A DNA stretch of 64,000 bases from Thermodesulfobacteriota bacterium. GTDB taxonomy: Bacteria > Desulfobacterota_D > UBA1144 > Nemesobacterales > UBA2774. The notes below the pieces were generated by a model that saw nothing but the letters and a program-made list of their open reading frames with translations, did not search any database and was not told the DNA's origin. This document shows, piece after piece, positions 18,144 through 28,802 of this stretch. Location of the stretch: positions 864,001 to 928,000 of the forward strand of contig OZ244197.1 in the NCBI GenBank assembly GCA_965216785.1. The letters are read 5' to 3'. Numbering within the stretch: the first letter of the stretch is position 1; each line of letters begins with the position of its first letter. The position numbers and the translations under genes were made by a program.

Positions 18144-20480
18144 TCATGGTTGCATATTGAGCTGTCTTCTTGGTGTAGTTGGTGTATCATAAAAACTTCT
18201 AAGTAGAAGTGGAAGCATTACTAAATCACCAATTAAGATTGCTATAACTGAAAATGTGATTAATAATCCAAAGTAAAACACAGTTTTTATACTAGCAAGA
18301 AGTAGTATTGAAAAGCCTAAAAACAATATTATACTGCTAATTACAATAATTCTGCCTACCTGGTAATTAGCTTTTCTAAGGGCGGTAAATAAGTCCACAC
18401 TACGATTTCGCTCTCTTAGATATCTATTCATATAATGTATAGTATCATCAATAGATATACCGAGTACAATTGCGGCAATAGTAGAAGTAGTCAAATCCAA
18501 ATTGATTTGAGAAAATCCCAAAAACCCAAGAAAAAGTACAATCGGAAATATATTTGGGAGTATGGCAATGAAAGCTAGTTTAAAGCTTCTCAACATGAAC
18601 AGCATAGTGATAAAAATGAAAAAAAATGCTACAAATAGGCTTTTTTTCATTGATCCGAAAGCATAATCCATAACTTTAATAAATAAGGCTGGATAACCTG
18701 GGATGGTTAGATCAGCTATATCTTGGAAGTATTTGGTGCCTAACTCGCTAATATTGTTGAGATTCTTTTCAAGTTGCTTGATACTCATAGTAGATCCAAT
18801 TAACACATTGATCCTTGCTTTAGTAAAATTTTTGTTTATGAAACTACCAGAATCTTCGCTCTCGGTTATAGACTGAGGCAAACTTCTAATAAATGGATCT
18901 GATAAATACGGGTCGTAAAGGGTTTCAAGCAATTCCTTATTGTAAAGTACGTTCGAATATCTTTGTAAAAAGTGAACATAGCTAAATGTGCTTTTTATCT
19001 CTTGCATATCCGTTAATTCTTGTTCAAAATCATGGATGGCTTTGATCAATTTAGGATCTTTCAGGTTTTGGTTCTCTTTAGTTAACACCATGAGGTCTAT
19101 AGGGTAAGCATCGCCACCCCAATTCTCACTTATAAATTTGTGGTCTTTCATGACTTTAGAATCTGCAGAAAAGTAACCCATGGGATTCATATCAATATTG
19201 ATCTGTGTTATTCCATAGGCAGAAATAAACAGTATTAATAATAAAAATGCCCAATAAGCTTTTTGATGTTTAAAAATTTGAGCTAGAAATTGTACTAGGC
19301 TATTTGCTATGTAGGTTTTAGGATTGAACTTTAAGGATGATAGTTTTATAAAGTTCAATAATAATGCACTATATATAAATGCACATATAAGCGCTATTAA
19401 GGTACCAACCGCAGCAAAAACTCCGAATTCCTTTATAACAGATGTCGATGAAGTGAGTAGGGATAAAAATCCTATCATAGTAGTTAGGGTAGTGTACAAA
19501 CAGGGTTTATAGATGTTTATAAGTGCTTGTATAATAGTCTCAGATTTTTTCATTTCTGTTTTTTGATTTTGATACAATAGCTCGAATTCATTGACTATGT
19601 GCAAAACAATAATAAAACCTAAAACGATTATTAATGTAGGAATAATCATAGTAAAAATGTTCAACCTATAACCCAGATATCCATAAATTGAAAGGGTAAT
19701 AATCGTAGAAGTAATCGTTGTTGCAAAAACCAATAATAAATAGAGCACTCTAGGAAAGAACAAAAGAGTAAGCAGGAAGGTCAATAAGTATGTTAAACCT
19801 AAAAATAGAGCAACATCATGTCGTGTTAACTTGTTTAGGTTATATGTCACTATGTCCATACCACCCAAATGAACGTTTTCAGCACCTAAAATATTTATGG
19901 ACACTTGATGAATTTTTTCCACAATATTGTTTCTTTTATCGTCAATGTCCTCTAGTGGATCAAGTTCGATTATTATCATACTAGCCTTACCATCATTATT
20001 GATAAAACGATTTATTAGCAAAGGGGATGATAGAATTGATTTTTTATACTCTGACAATGTTTCTTCTAATATAGGAATGCCATTTTCAAAATAAGAAGTA
20101 AATTCAATCTTGTAAGCACCATCTTCTTTAATTCTCCTTACATCCTTAACATTAGTAATTGACCAAACTTTTTTAATACCTTCAGTGACTTGAAGTTTCT
20201 CAGTTAACGACTTTATTTTATGTAGAGTAGTTGGTTCTATTACTCCAGGACTTTCAACAATTAAAAGAAATATCATCCGGTCGTTACCGAATTCATTTGT
20301 GAATTCGTTGTATAATTTTAGTGATGGGTCATCATCAGCAAACCAAATATTGATTTCACTATTTGGAGATAAAGCATGTTCTAGATACTTTGCACCAAAT
20401 AAAGCTATAACTATTAATATGATTAGAATTACTAACCTAAACTTATAGAAATAGTAAAAGAATCTTTGTACTCTGTGCAT
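18144..20480 (-). CDS. MMPL/RND-family lipid exporter
   Basis: Two repeats of one TM, a large loop and five TMs; TTLTTMIGFLSL and GISIDDTIH motifs. Confidence 0.92.
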   Translation of the reverse strand: MHRVQRFFYYFYKFRLVILIILIVIALFGAKYLEHALSPNSEINIWFADDDPSLKLYNEFTNEFGNDRMIFLLIVESPGVIEPTTLHKIKSLTEKLQVTEGIKKVWSITNVKDVRRIKEDGAYKIEFTSYFENGIPILEETLSEYKKSILSSPLLINRFINNDGKASMIIIELDPLEDIDDKRNNIVEKIHQVSINILGAENVHLGGMDIVTYNLNKLTRHDVALFLGLTYLLTFLLTLLFFPRVLYLLLVFATTITSTIITLSIYGYLGYRLNIFTMIIPTLIIVLGFIIVLHIVNEFELLYQNQKTEMKKSETIIQALINIYKPCLYTTLTTMIGFLSLLTSSTSVIKEFGVFAAVGTLIALICAFIYSALLLNFIKLSSLKFNPKTYIANSLVQFLAQIFKHQKAYWAFLLLILFISAYGITQINIDMNPMGYFSADSKVMKDHKFISENWGGDAYPIDLMVLTKENQNLKDPKLIKAIHDFEQELTDMQEIKSTFSYVHFLQRYSNVLYNKELLETLYDPYLSDPFIRSLPQSITESEDSGSFINKNFTKARINVLIGSTMSIKQLEKNLNNISELGTKYFQDIADLTIPGYPALFIKVMDYAFGSMKKSLFVAFFFIFITMLFMLRSFKLAFIAILPNIFPIVLFLGFLGFSQINLDLTTSTIAAIVLGISIDDTIHYMNRYLRERNRSVDLFTALRKANYQVGRIIVISSIILFLGFSILLLASIKTVFYFGLLITFSVIAILIGDLVMLPLLLRSFYDTPTTPRRQLNMQP

Positions 20481-20518
20481 CTTTATACTATTCTCTCCCC
20501 ATTAGAACTAGTTCCTGT

Positions 20519-21733
20519 TCATGAAGTGAAACCAAATCTTTCGCTATATTCCGTAAAGTGTTTGGCTATTGTAGAGTCCGTTAATCCAAAATCGGCTGAA
20601 CTATAATCTTGCTTTCCAAATCTATCCTTAGGGTTTTCGATCAAATATGATTGCAAACGCTTCTCAAAACTATCTGACCAAATTAATCCGAAATGATTAT
20701 ATATACCTCTTACTGTGTCTATTGGGTCAGATATTAACTGGTCGTATTGCACGTCATAAATTTTGTTTGGATTAGTAGCACGCACATTAAGACTTATGTT
20801 CGCCCATTTTTTAAGACCTAAAATATTTGTCTCTGCCATTTTTTTGATGTTTAAATCATCTGATACAATTGCATGATTGGAATATATTAGTGTATTTAAA
20901 CTATTACAGACTTTAACCGGGTGACGGTGCGTCTGGATTAACAAAGCTTCAGGTATAGCCTGTAACAGGGTCGGAATTGAACCTGTGTGTGAAGGAGCTT
21001 TAAGTATTAAACGACGTTTTGGATCGACTGATTGTAGTATATGCAGTAGTGAGCGATATTCTTGATATGCTTTAATGTGATCATGTGAATTGAACCAGCT
21101 TGCGTAGCTATATACTGGTGCAATAGTCCAAAAAAAAATACTCGCAAATGTGCTTCCCTGGAGCAATATACATTCTTCGGGAGTATCGGCTCGTGAATAA
21201 TGCAAACGATCAATTTTGGGAGTCAGTTTTAATCTCATCTTTACATCGTTTTCACAAAGTTTTATACGACGATCAGGTTTGCTTAATGGCAATGGTCGCA
21301 ACAATTCCCACATAGGAACTCCACGATGTACTGGATCAAGAGCTAACATGCGATGAAGAAGAGTAGTACCAGTTCTCGGTAAACCTATAATTATGATTGG
21401 TGGTATTAATGGGAGCTGAAACAAAGACGCATTGCATTTTTGAGTCTCTATGAACAATAGCCTATTTGAAAGAAAAAGTTTAATTATTGCATGTACATAT
21501 ATTTGTCCAATAAAGTGAAGATTTACATCCGTTTTGAGGGAATCAAGTAAATATTGTAAACCCTCCCTAAAATATGTATCACCAAAATCCTTCAAACCTG
21601 TATGTCTTCTGGCTGAGTCATATAAAACGTCTTCTTCAAAACGTAAAAACGGCAACTTACCTGCCATCAAATAGCTAGATATTTTGTTCAAGAGACGGTA
21701 ATGCCAAGCCAAACTTGATCGTGAATTTAACAT
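20519..21733 (-). CDS. PAPS-dependent sulfotransferase (Sulfotransfer_3 / mycobacterial Stf-like)
   Basis: 5'PSB loop IIGLPRTGTTLLH; LKAPSH; 3'PB THRHP...S. Confidence 0.92.
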   Translation of the reverse strand: MLNSRSSLAWHYRLLNKISSYLMAGKLPFLRFEEDVLYDSARRHTGLKDFGDTYFREGLQYLLDSLKTDVNLHFIGQIYVHAIIKLFLSNRLLFIETQKCNASLFQLPLIPPIIIIGLPRTGTTLLHRMLALDPVHRGVPMWELLRPLPLSKPDRRIKLCENDVKMRLKLTPKIDRLHYSRADTPEECILLQGSTFASIFFWTIAPVYSYASWFNSHDHIKAYQEYRSLLHILQSVDPKRRLILKAPSHTGSIPTLLQAIPEALLIQTHRHPVKVCNSLNTLIYSNHAIVSDDLNIKKMAETNILGLKKWANISLNVRATNPNKIYDVQYDQLISDPIDTVRGIYNHFGLIWSDSFEKRLQSYLIENPKDRFGKQDYSSADFGLTDSTIAKHFTEYSERFGFTS

Positions 21734-21853
21734 TTAGCTAACTCAAATTTAATGTATTGTTCCTTATAGATTTAACTCCATACTAGATTCAACTTAGTTC
21801 CATACAATCTTATAATATGTAGGATACGAATGCTCAAATTAAATGTTATTGGA

Positions 21854-24800
21854 TCAAGTTGTGTTAGTATTGTTGCTGAAATTTTGTTTAAGTTGGTTAA
21901 TAGTTGATTTGCGTATTTCAGCCATATTCATTTTTAAATTGAAACCATATTCCAGTGCAATCAATATTTCAACAGTCATAAGTGAGTCCATACCTAATTC
22001 GAATAATGGAGTATCCATATCAACCTGACTTTCATTTTGAAATCCAAAAATATGTAGTATTACATTTACTAAGTCTGTAGAAGTCTTTTTAGAGTTGTTA
22101 GCAAATTCTTTGTGACGGTGAAGGTCTAATGTAAAACTTGTTACAACTGTTTCGTCTTGACTTAGTAATATGTCAAGATTTTCAATACAGGAATGTATAC
22201 TCTGCAAACCGAGCAAAGTATTGGAAAGATTTACATAAGCATTTTTCTGAATGAAACCTACATCACCAATAGGTCCCCACTGTATTGAGATTGCAGGTAG
22301 ACCATTTCTCTTCCTTTGTTCACATAATCTATCCATAGCTGCATTGGCAAATGCATAGTTAGTTTGCCCTTCATTACCTTCGGTGGCTACTATTGATGAA
22401 AAGCAAACGAATTGATCAAGTTTTTTACAATACTCCGAGCTGACTTTACTAAGATTTTCAGCTCCATTCAATTTCACTGAACAGACTTTTTCAAAGGTGT
22501 GTTTATCCTGATTGAGAAATAGTGCATCGGACATGACCATCGCTAAATGAAATATCCCACCAATTGGCGCAATTTTTTCACATTGCTTAATAAGATGCAA
22601 AGTTGATCTATAATTTGTTACATTTCTTTTACTTATCGTTACATTAGCTCCGAGATTTTGCATTTTATCTATTTTTGAGGCCTGGTATCCATTTTTGATA
22701 CCTCTTCTACTTGTTAAAACAAGATTTTTAGCACCTCGAAGAACTAACCAGTATGCTAATTCAAGCCCGAACCCACCTAGTCCACCAGTTATTATATATA
22801 TCTTCTTCGAGTCACATGAGAATTTTGGTTTAGCGAGTACCTTGATTTTGTCTCTATTATTCTCATCTCGAATGCGAATGAGTACTTTCCCAATATGCTT
22901 TGCTCTAGCCATATACCGAAAGGCATCTTCTACCTCATCATAATCAAAAATAGTTCTATCTAATGGTTTTATTACTCCACTTTTAATACCTTTATCGAAC
23001 AGTTGTAACAGTCTTTTTGTTTCATCAGGATTGTGCAAGATAGTACTACTCAGATCTACTCCATGGATGCTTATATCTTTCAAAAATATAGACATGCCCA
23101 AGGGGGTATCCTGAATCCTATCAAATTTCCCAATTTCCACAAAATGCCCATTCATAGCAAGAACTCTCAGACTTGCAAGCATAAGCTCACCTGATAGTGA
23201 GTTAAGAACAATATCAACTCCATGACCATTTGTTTGTTGAAAAACCAACTTTTCAAATGATGTATCTCTACTATAACCTATATGATCATCGTCTATTTGA
23301 GGGAATTTTTTCTTGATATATTTCCTTTTTTCTTCGCTACCAACTGTTGTAAATACTTCACATTGCATTGATAGAGCTAGATTGATTGCGGCAATACCAA
23401 TACCACCTGACCCAGAATGGATTAGTACTTTTTGACCTTGTTTCATACCAGCCCTTATGATAAGTCCCAGATATACAGTAAGATAGACAAGTGGAACAGT
23501 TGCTGCTTCTTCCAAAGTCCAGGATTCTGGGACCTTCCAGGCCCGGTCCACCTTTCGTTGCAATATAACTTTTGTTGAAAGCGCTTTTACGGCAATACCC
23601 ATTACACGTTGACCATCACGATTTCGTATACCGGAGAATTCCATTCCTGGACAATCATGATATGTTCCACCTGACTCTGCTGGCAATTTTCCAGAAGCAA
23701 GCATAATGTCTTTAAAATTCAATGCGCAGTAGTTAACATCATAAACATCAGATTCATGACATAGATCTGGAGCACTTATCCATCTCATACTTGAAAAATC
23801 ACCTTTTGTCATGACCTGCATGTAGGCGCTATCGGTCTCGACCATATCTGTTTCGGGTAACTCCCTATATTGGTATGATCCCCATATACCGTTTTTGAAT
23901 ACATTTGTGGCTAAATCATGTTTTAGAACCTTGGATATCTGTCTTTTACTAACTTTATTAGAATCATCTACGAACAGACACCGAACCCTATCTCCGTTGG
24001 GTTCCTTGCGAAGACTTCTTACTAATCCGGTCAAACCAGGTGCAGAAGCTGAATTACCCATTAACCACAAACGTTTGTTTGTATTATCATTAAGAGCATT
24101 ATAATAATCTTGACATGTTTTTAAGTCATCTTTATTAAACTGCAATCTCTGATGGATAGATTTTTTATTATATGTTTTACGACAAAGGATCATTTTTTGT
24201 TTATAAGTCTCTTTAATAGCTACTATATCAAAACCGCTATCTTGTAGTAGATTGTTCCAATTTTCTTGAGATAAATTTAAACCCACATCCTGTCCATCAA
24301 CATCCCAGTAATTCCAGAATTTTTTTCGTAAGCCCCAAGTACAAAGAATTGATGCTAGATTGGCATTTTCAATATTTAACAAAAGAAAACCGCCATCTTT
24401 AAGACTCTTTCTAATATTTTGTAATGCTTGCATTAGTTCACTATTAGTGTTAAATGTTTGTCCGGTTATTACTAGATCATAAGTCTTTTCATGGTGAGTT
24501 CTTGTGAAATCCCAAATCTGATAATCCGTTACCATTGAAAAATTACTAAGTTCATTTTTTATCCTATCAAAGTAGGAATCATCAAAATCTGTGATTACAT
24601 AACGATCATTAATAGATCTAAGATTAGTTAAAACCTTCCGGCTAAATAAACCTGTTACTGGACCTACTTCACAAATATGAATAGAATTTTGAGAATTGAG
24701 ATTTTCTTGAACTATGTTCAGCATCTCACGAATAAAATAATCACTATGAAATAAAGTGTCTGCTAAATCTCGATTGTACAGATCATCATATTCCTCAAAT

Positions 24801-27800
24801 CCAGCAATATGCTTTTCTGTATTTCTAATTAATTTTTCAGGCTTTTTGTACAAATATTTGATAAATCTAAGATTTACACTATTAGGGTGCTTTAAGTATT
24901 TATTAAGACTTTTTTTATTCGGGATTTTCTTATCATAACCTCTTAGCATATCCTTTATTCTCAAAAAATGTGAAGGTATATCTTTGTCACAAGTTTTAAG
25001 GTGTCTGTAAAAATGTAAGAATTGAGTTATAGCATAAGAATTTTCAATCTCATTATATACCTCGATGTTACGTCCTTCCCGCAATTTTTCGTAATATGGC
25101 GAGAAGTGCATTGAGGCTAAAATTGGTGGTTTCTCAATTCTCTCGGAAAGTGAAAGACCTACAAAACCTTCCATAACAAATGAAGAACAATATTTTGTAA
25201 AAAGATGTTGGTCGAAATGAATTTCAACAAACGACTCGTTGTAATTATGTTTTAGTGGATCAATGGTTACGCGTCTATAATAGGTAGGTAAAACAGTAGA
25301 TCGATTATTCACAAGAAGTATGTTTGTTTGTGCCATACTGTCGAGAAATGTAATCCAATTTCCATCCCATTTTACTTTTGCCCAATTGCCGTTTGTTGAG
25401 GATTCAGATATTACTTGAAACTTTGGACCATAGTCATAGCCACGTAATCTAAATTCTTGATAGATATCATCTTTAGAAAGTATGATTTCATATTCATTTC
25501 TGTACTTTTGCTCAACAGTATCAGGCCATCGAATGTCATCTCCAATTTTTAATTTCCCACTCGCCAGCAAAGTGTCTTTTTCTTTAACCTCAAACATCTG
25601 GCTTTCTTTAAGATAACTAACATTGAATTCAAATTTCTCGTCACTACGAATCATTGATGCTCTATGTAGTTTTACATCTTCAAACTGTACAGGAAGTGTT
25701 TCTTGAGGAACCTGTAGATTAAGAGATGCGGCTTTCCAAGTTAAATATAAATATCCCACGGCCGGGAAAACTATTTTTCCATTTAGTCTATGATCACTCA
25801 AAAAATTGTACTCTTCTTCCTTTACATCTATATCAAATGTAAATTGCACCCGTTCTTCAGCAATCTTCGGGACAGGCCATGTTTTGTGATGATCCCATGC
25901 CATTAGATTTGGTATTCTAGGCAGACTTTTAAAAGATGGTTTGTTATTGACAAGATTTTCATAATTCATATCAAGCCCTGACACATAACAATGACTAAGT
26001 CCATCAAATAGGTTAACAATGTTGTTTGAATTCCGCTGCATAAAACTAATGTGAGTGATATTATTTAAACTCTCAATTAGTATCCCTCGAAATAAGGCAT
26101 GAGCGCCGATCTCAATTACAATAGATCCATTTGGTATGTATTTTATTCCTTCGTGAAAATATACGGGATTAAGCAAGTTATTTTTGAAGTAGTTAGCAGA
26201 ACAATACCTAGCACGGTGCCATTCACGTTCAGGACGAGAAGTGCAAATCCATCGCTTACTGCGTTCTAGAGGTTTTGGTATGATTTCACCGAGTTTAGAA
26301 TGAAACTTTTCTGCTGCTGGACTAACCATATGAGAATGGAAAGCTTTTCTTGTTGATCTTATTACTTTGGCCTCTATATTCTTTGTTTCTAATTTCTTCA
26401 CAAACCTGGAAATTGCTTTTTTCTCTCCTGATACAGTTACATTGTTTTCACCATTATGACATGCTACAACTACATCTTTTGGGCATATTTTTTCAGTTTC
26501 GAATAAATTTAGACCTACATATGCCATGGCCCCTGCTTTAACTTTGGTTTCAAGCATAGACCTTCCACGCCAGTAACTAACTCGCATTGCTTGTTCCCGG
26601 GTCAATTTTCCATCTGCATAGGCACATGCTATCTCTCCTACACTGTGTCCTATTAAAAAGTCTGGTTTTAGTCCGGCTAAATTTAAAATATCAACTAGAG
26701 CAATTTGAATCGCCGTCAAACAAGGAAATGTATTCACTGTATTTTCAAATGCTCTTTCGTCACAATCCGATAAAAGTTCTATTAAATTTAACTCTGTATG
26801 CTCAAGAGCATTGTTGCATAGATTAATTGATCGCCTGAATACTGGCACATTAATTAAGTCTGAAGCCATACCTGTCCATTGCGCACCTATACCATTAAAT
26901 ACATAACAAAGGCTTGGCTTCTTTAATGGCGTTTTACCTCTAATAATTCTGCACTGGTTGTTTTCTGTTCTATAAATTACTGCTCGATTGTTCATTTTAT
27001 TCAATTGAGTAGAAGCTAGGGGTTGTAAAAATGACGCTATATCATTGCGGCATCTAATATTCTCTAGATATTCTAAAAATGTGTCAAGCCCATCCTCAGT
27101 CCGAAAGGAGCAGGGGGCGATTGAATATCCTTGTGTTAATTCTGGGATTTCTTTATGAGATTTAGCCTGCCCTTCTAGAACAAGATGAGCGTTTGCACCA
27201 CCAAACCCAAATGAACTGATTCCTACCAGTCCACCCTTCCATGGAGTTCTTTCTAAAACCACTTTTAATCTGCCCTCTAAAATTCCTTTCATTTCAGGGT
27301 TTGGCTCTGAAAAGTTGATATTTGGTGGGATTTCTCCATGATACATGGCAAGTAGTATCTTTAATACACTGGCGAGGCCCGCAGCACCTTCCGTGTGTCC
27401 AATATTCGATTTTACAGAACCAATAAGTAAAGGATTCTTTTTATTTCGATTTTGACCTAAAACTTCATCTATAGCAGCTACTTCTTGAGGATCTCCTGCT
27501 GGTGTACCTGTTCCATGAGCCTCATAATATTTTATTTTGGTAGTATCAATACCAATGTCATTATATGCTTTGCGAAGGAGAGACACTTGAGCTTGTTTGT
27601 TAGGAAAAGTTACACCTTCTCTATTGTAGCCATCGTTGTTTGTCACACAATTGAGTATGCGAGAATAATTTCTTCGTGCTAAATGTTCACGTGTTATTAA
27701 AGTAGCTACAATTCCATCTGATCGCACATAACCGTCTGCAGATTTATCAAATACTTTGCTCTCACCTTCTGGTGAAAGCATCTGAAATTTCGTCATCGAA

Positions 27801-28399
27801 ATAGAAAGGTTCGGGGTAAATATCAGATTAGCTCCACCAATTAGTGCAAAATCACACCTTCCTGTGATAATTGCATCTATACCAGCACTTAGAGCAAATA
27901 TTGAAGATGAACATGCTGTGTCTATGGTCATACTGGGGCCATTGAAATCGAAGAAATATGAAATACGGTTAGAAAGCATAGCAAGCGATATACCTGCAGC
28001 CTCATACCCAGTAAGACGATTAGCGTCAGCTACATAGGTACCAGCTGCTTCACTACCCATGCATCCCATAAAAACACCTGTATTTGAGTTTCGTAATTCC
28101 AGAGGGTTATAACCTGCATCTAGAATAGCTTCATAACAAACCTCTAGCATTAAACGAGTCATAGGATCGAGTTTTTCAGCTTGTCTTGCACTTATTTCAA
28201 AAAATTGGGAATCAAAGTAATCAGGGGTTTTTACTTTTCCGAAACGCTTAGGTGTGGAAAATATACCATTTGGCCAGCGTTCTCTCTCAACTGAAGTCAT
28301 ATCCTTAGCATTGATCAGATTTTCCCAAAATTCATCAGGACTATCTGATTCTGGAAGTCGACAAGATATACCGCCGAATACTATATTTTCTTTACTCAT
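21854..28399 (-). CDS. Animal-FAS-like type I synthase, KS-MAT-DH-pseudoMT-ER-KR-ACP, no thioesterase
   Basis: KS DTACSS, HGTGT and NIGH; AT GHSVG and AFHS; DH HRLNGKIVFP and WITFLD; ER IHSGSGGIG; KR GGLGGFG and GQTNY; ACP GMDSL at the C-terminus. Confidence 0.93.
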   Translation of the reverse strand: MSKENIVFGGISCRLPESDSPDEFWENLINAKDMTSVERERWPNGIFSTPKRFGKVKTPDYFDSQFFEISARQAEKLDPMTRLMLEVCYEAILDAGYNPLELRNSNTGVFMGCMGSEAAGTYVADANRLTGYEAAGISLAMLSNRISYFFDFNGPSMTIDTACSSSIFALSAGIDAIITGRCDFALIGGANLIFTPNLSISMTKFQMLSPEGESKVFDKSADGYVRSDGIVATLITREHLARRNYSRILNCVTNNDGYNREGVTFPNKQAQVSLLRKAYNDIGIDTTKIKYYEAHGTGTPAGDPQEVAAIDEVLGQNRNKKNPLLIGSVKSNIGHTEGAAGLASVLKILLAMYHGEIPPNINFSEPNPEMKGILEGRLKVVLERTPWKGGLVGISSFGFGGANAHLVLEGQAKSHKEIPELTQGYSIAPCSFRTEDGLDTFLEYLENIRCRNDIASFLQPLASTQLNKMNNRAVIYRTENNQCRIIRGKTPLKKPSLCYVFNGIGAQWTGMASDLINVPVFRRSINLCNNALEHTELNLIELLSDCDERAFENTVNTFPCLTAIQIALVDILNLAGLKPDFLIGHSVGEIACAYADGKLTREQAMRVSYWRGRSMLETKVKAGAMAYVGLNLFETEKICPKDVVVACHNGENNVTVSGEKKAISRFVKKLETKNIEAKVIRSTRKAFHSHMVSPAAEKFHSKLGEIIPKPLERSKRWICTSRPEREWHRARYCSANYFKNNLLNPVYFHEGIKYIPNGSIVIEIGAHALFRGILIESLNNITHISFMQRNSNNIVNLFDGLSHCYVSGLDMNYENLVNNKPSFKSLPRIPNLMAWDHHKTWPVPKIAEERVQFTFDIDVKEEEYNFLSDHRLNGKIVFPAVGYLYLTWKAASLNLQVPQETLPVQFEDVKLHRASMIRSDEKFEFNVSYLKESQMFEVKEKDTLLASGKLKIGDDIRWPDTVEQKYRNEYEIILSKDDIYQEFRLRGYDYGPKFQVISESSTNGNWAKVKWDGNWITFLDSMAQTNILLVNNRSTVLPTYYRRVTIDPLKHNYNESFVEIHFDQHLFTKYCSSFVMEGFVGLSLSERIEKPPILASMHFSPYYEKLREGRNIEVYNEIENSYAITQFLHFYRHLKTCDKDIPSHFLRIKDMLRGYDKKIPNKKSLNKYLKHPNSVNLRFIKYLYKKPEKLIRNTEKHIAGFEEYDDLYNRDLADTLFHSDYFIREMLNIVQENLNSQNSIHICEVGPVTGLFSRKVLTNLRSINDRYVITDFDDSYFDRIKNELSNFSMVTDYQIWDFTRTHHEKTYDLVITGQTFNTNSELMQALQNIRKSLKDGGFLLLNIENANLASILCTWGLRKKFWNYWDVDGQDVGLNLSQENWNNLLQDSGFDIVAIKETYKQKMILCRKTYNKKSIHQRLQFNKDDLKTCQDYYNALNDNTNKRLWLMGNSASAPGLTGLVRSLRKEPNGDRVRCLFVDDSNKVSKRQISKVLKHDLATNVFKNGIWGSYQYRELPETDMVETDSAYMQVMTKGDFSSMRWISAPDLCHESDVYDVNYCALNFKDIMLASGKLPAESGGTYHDCPGMEFSGIRNRDGQRVMGIAVKALSTKVILQRKVDRAWKVPESWTLEEAATVPLVYLTVYLGLIIRAGMKQGQKVLIHSGSGGIGIAAINLALSMQCEVFTTVGSEEKRKYIKKKFPQIDDDHIGYSRDTSFEKLVFQQTNGHGVDIVLNSLSGELMLASLRVLAMNGHFVEIGKFDRIQDTPLGMSIFLKDISIHGVDLSSTILHNPDETKRLLQLFDKGIKSGVIKPLDRTIFDYDEVEDAFRYMARAKHIGKVLIRIRDENNRDKIKVLAKPKFSCDSKKIYIITGGLGGFGLELAYWLVLRGAKNLVLTSRRGIKNGYQASKIDKMQNLGANVTISKRNVTNYRSTLHLIKQCEKIAPIGGIFHLAMVMSDALFLNQDKHTFEKVCSVKLNGAENLSKVSSEYCKKLDQFVCFSSIVATEGNEGQTNYAFANAAMDRLCEQRKRNGLPAISIQWGPIGDVGFIQKNAYVNLSNTLLGLQSIHSCIENLDILLSQDETVVTSFTLDLHRHKEFANNSKKTSTDLVNVILHIFGFQNESQVDMDTPLFELGMDSLMTVEILIALEYGFNLKMNMAEIRKSTINQLKQNFSNNTNTT

Positions 28400-28482
28400 C
28401 CTACCACCACCAAATTTAATTTTTCCTACTAACTACTTCTCTATAATTGAATAGATATAACTTTAACGCCCCCCCCATCAAA

Positions 28483-28530
28483 TTTAACACTGTTCAATTA
28501 CTTTATACTATATTGATTCAGTGCAGTCAA
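28483..28530 (-). promoter_or_regulatory. Synthase operon promoter with a TetR operator at the predicted start site
   Basis: TTGACT (28530-28525), 17 nt, TATAAA (28507-28502); operator tttaacactgttcaa at 28483-28497. Confidence 0.75.
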
Positions 28531-28802
28531 GAGGTTCATTTGCAGCGATGAATAGAATTAATGAAATATTATTTCAGGTGAATATTTTATAGAACTGGAA
28601 ATCTCAATCCTAAATAATAAAGAGAGCCTAAGATTCCCTTTGTATATTCAAAATAGTCTAATACCAATAGCCTTAGATTAAGTTCCTACCTTTCTTCTTC
28701 GAATTGCTAAAACTTATTTAAACGTTTAGGTGTAATCTAGATTAAATGAATCTATTGTCGACTCTAGAAAAATATGCTATTAAGGAAATAAGGTTCATAT
28801 AA

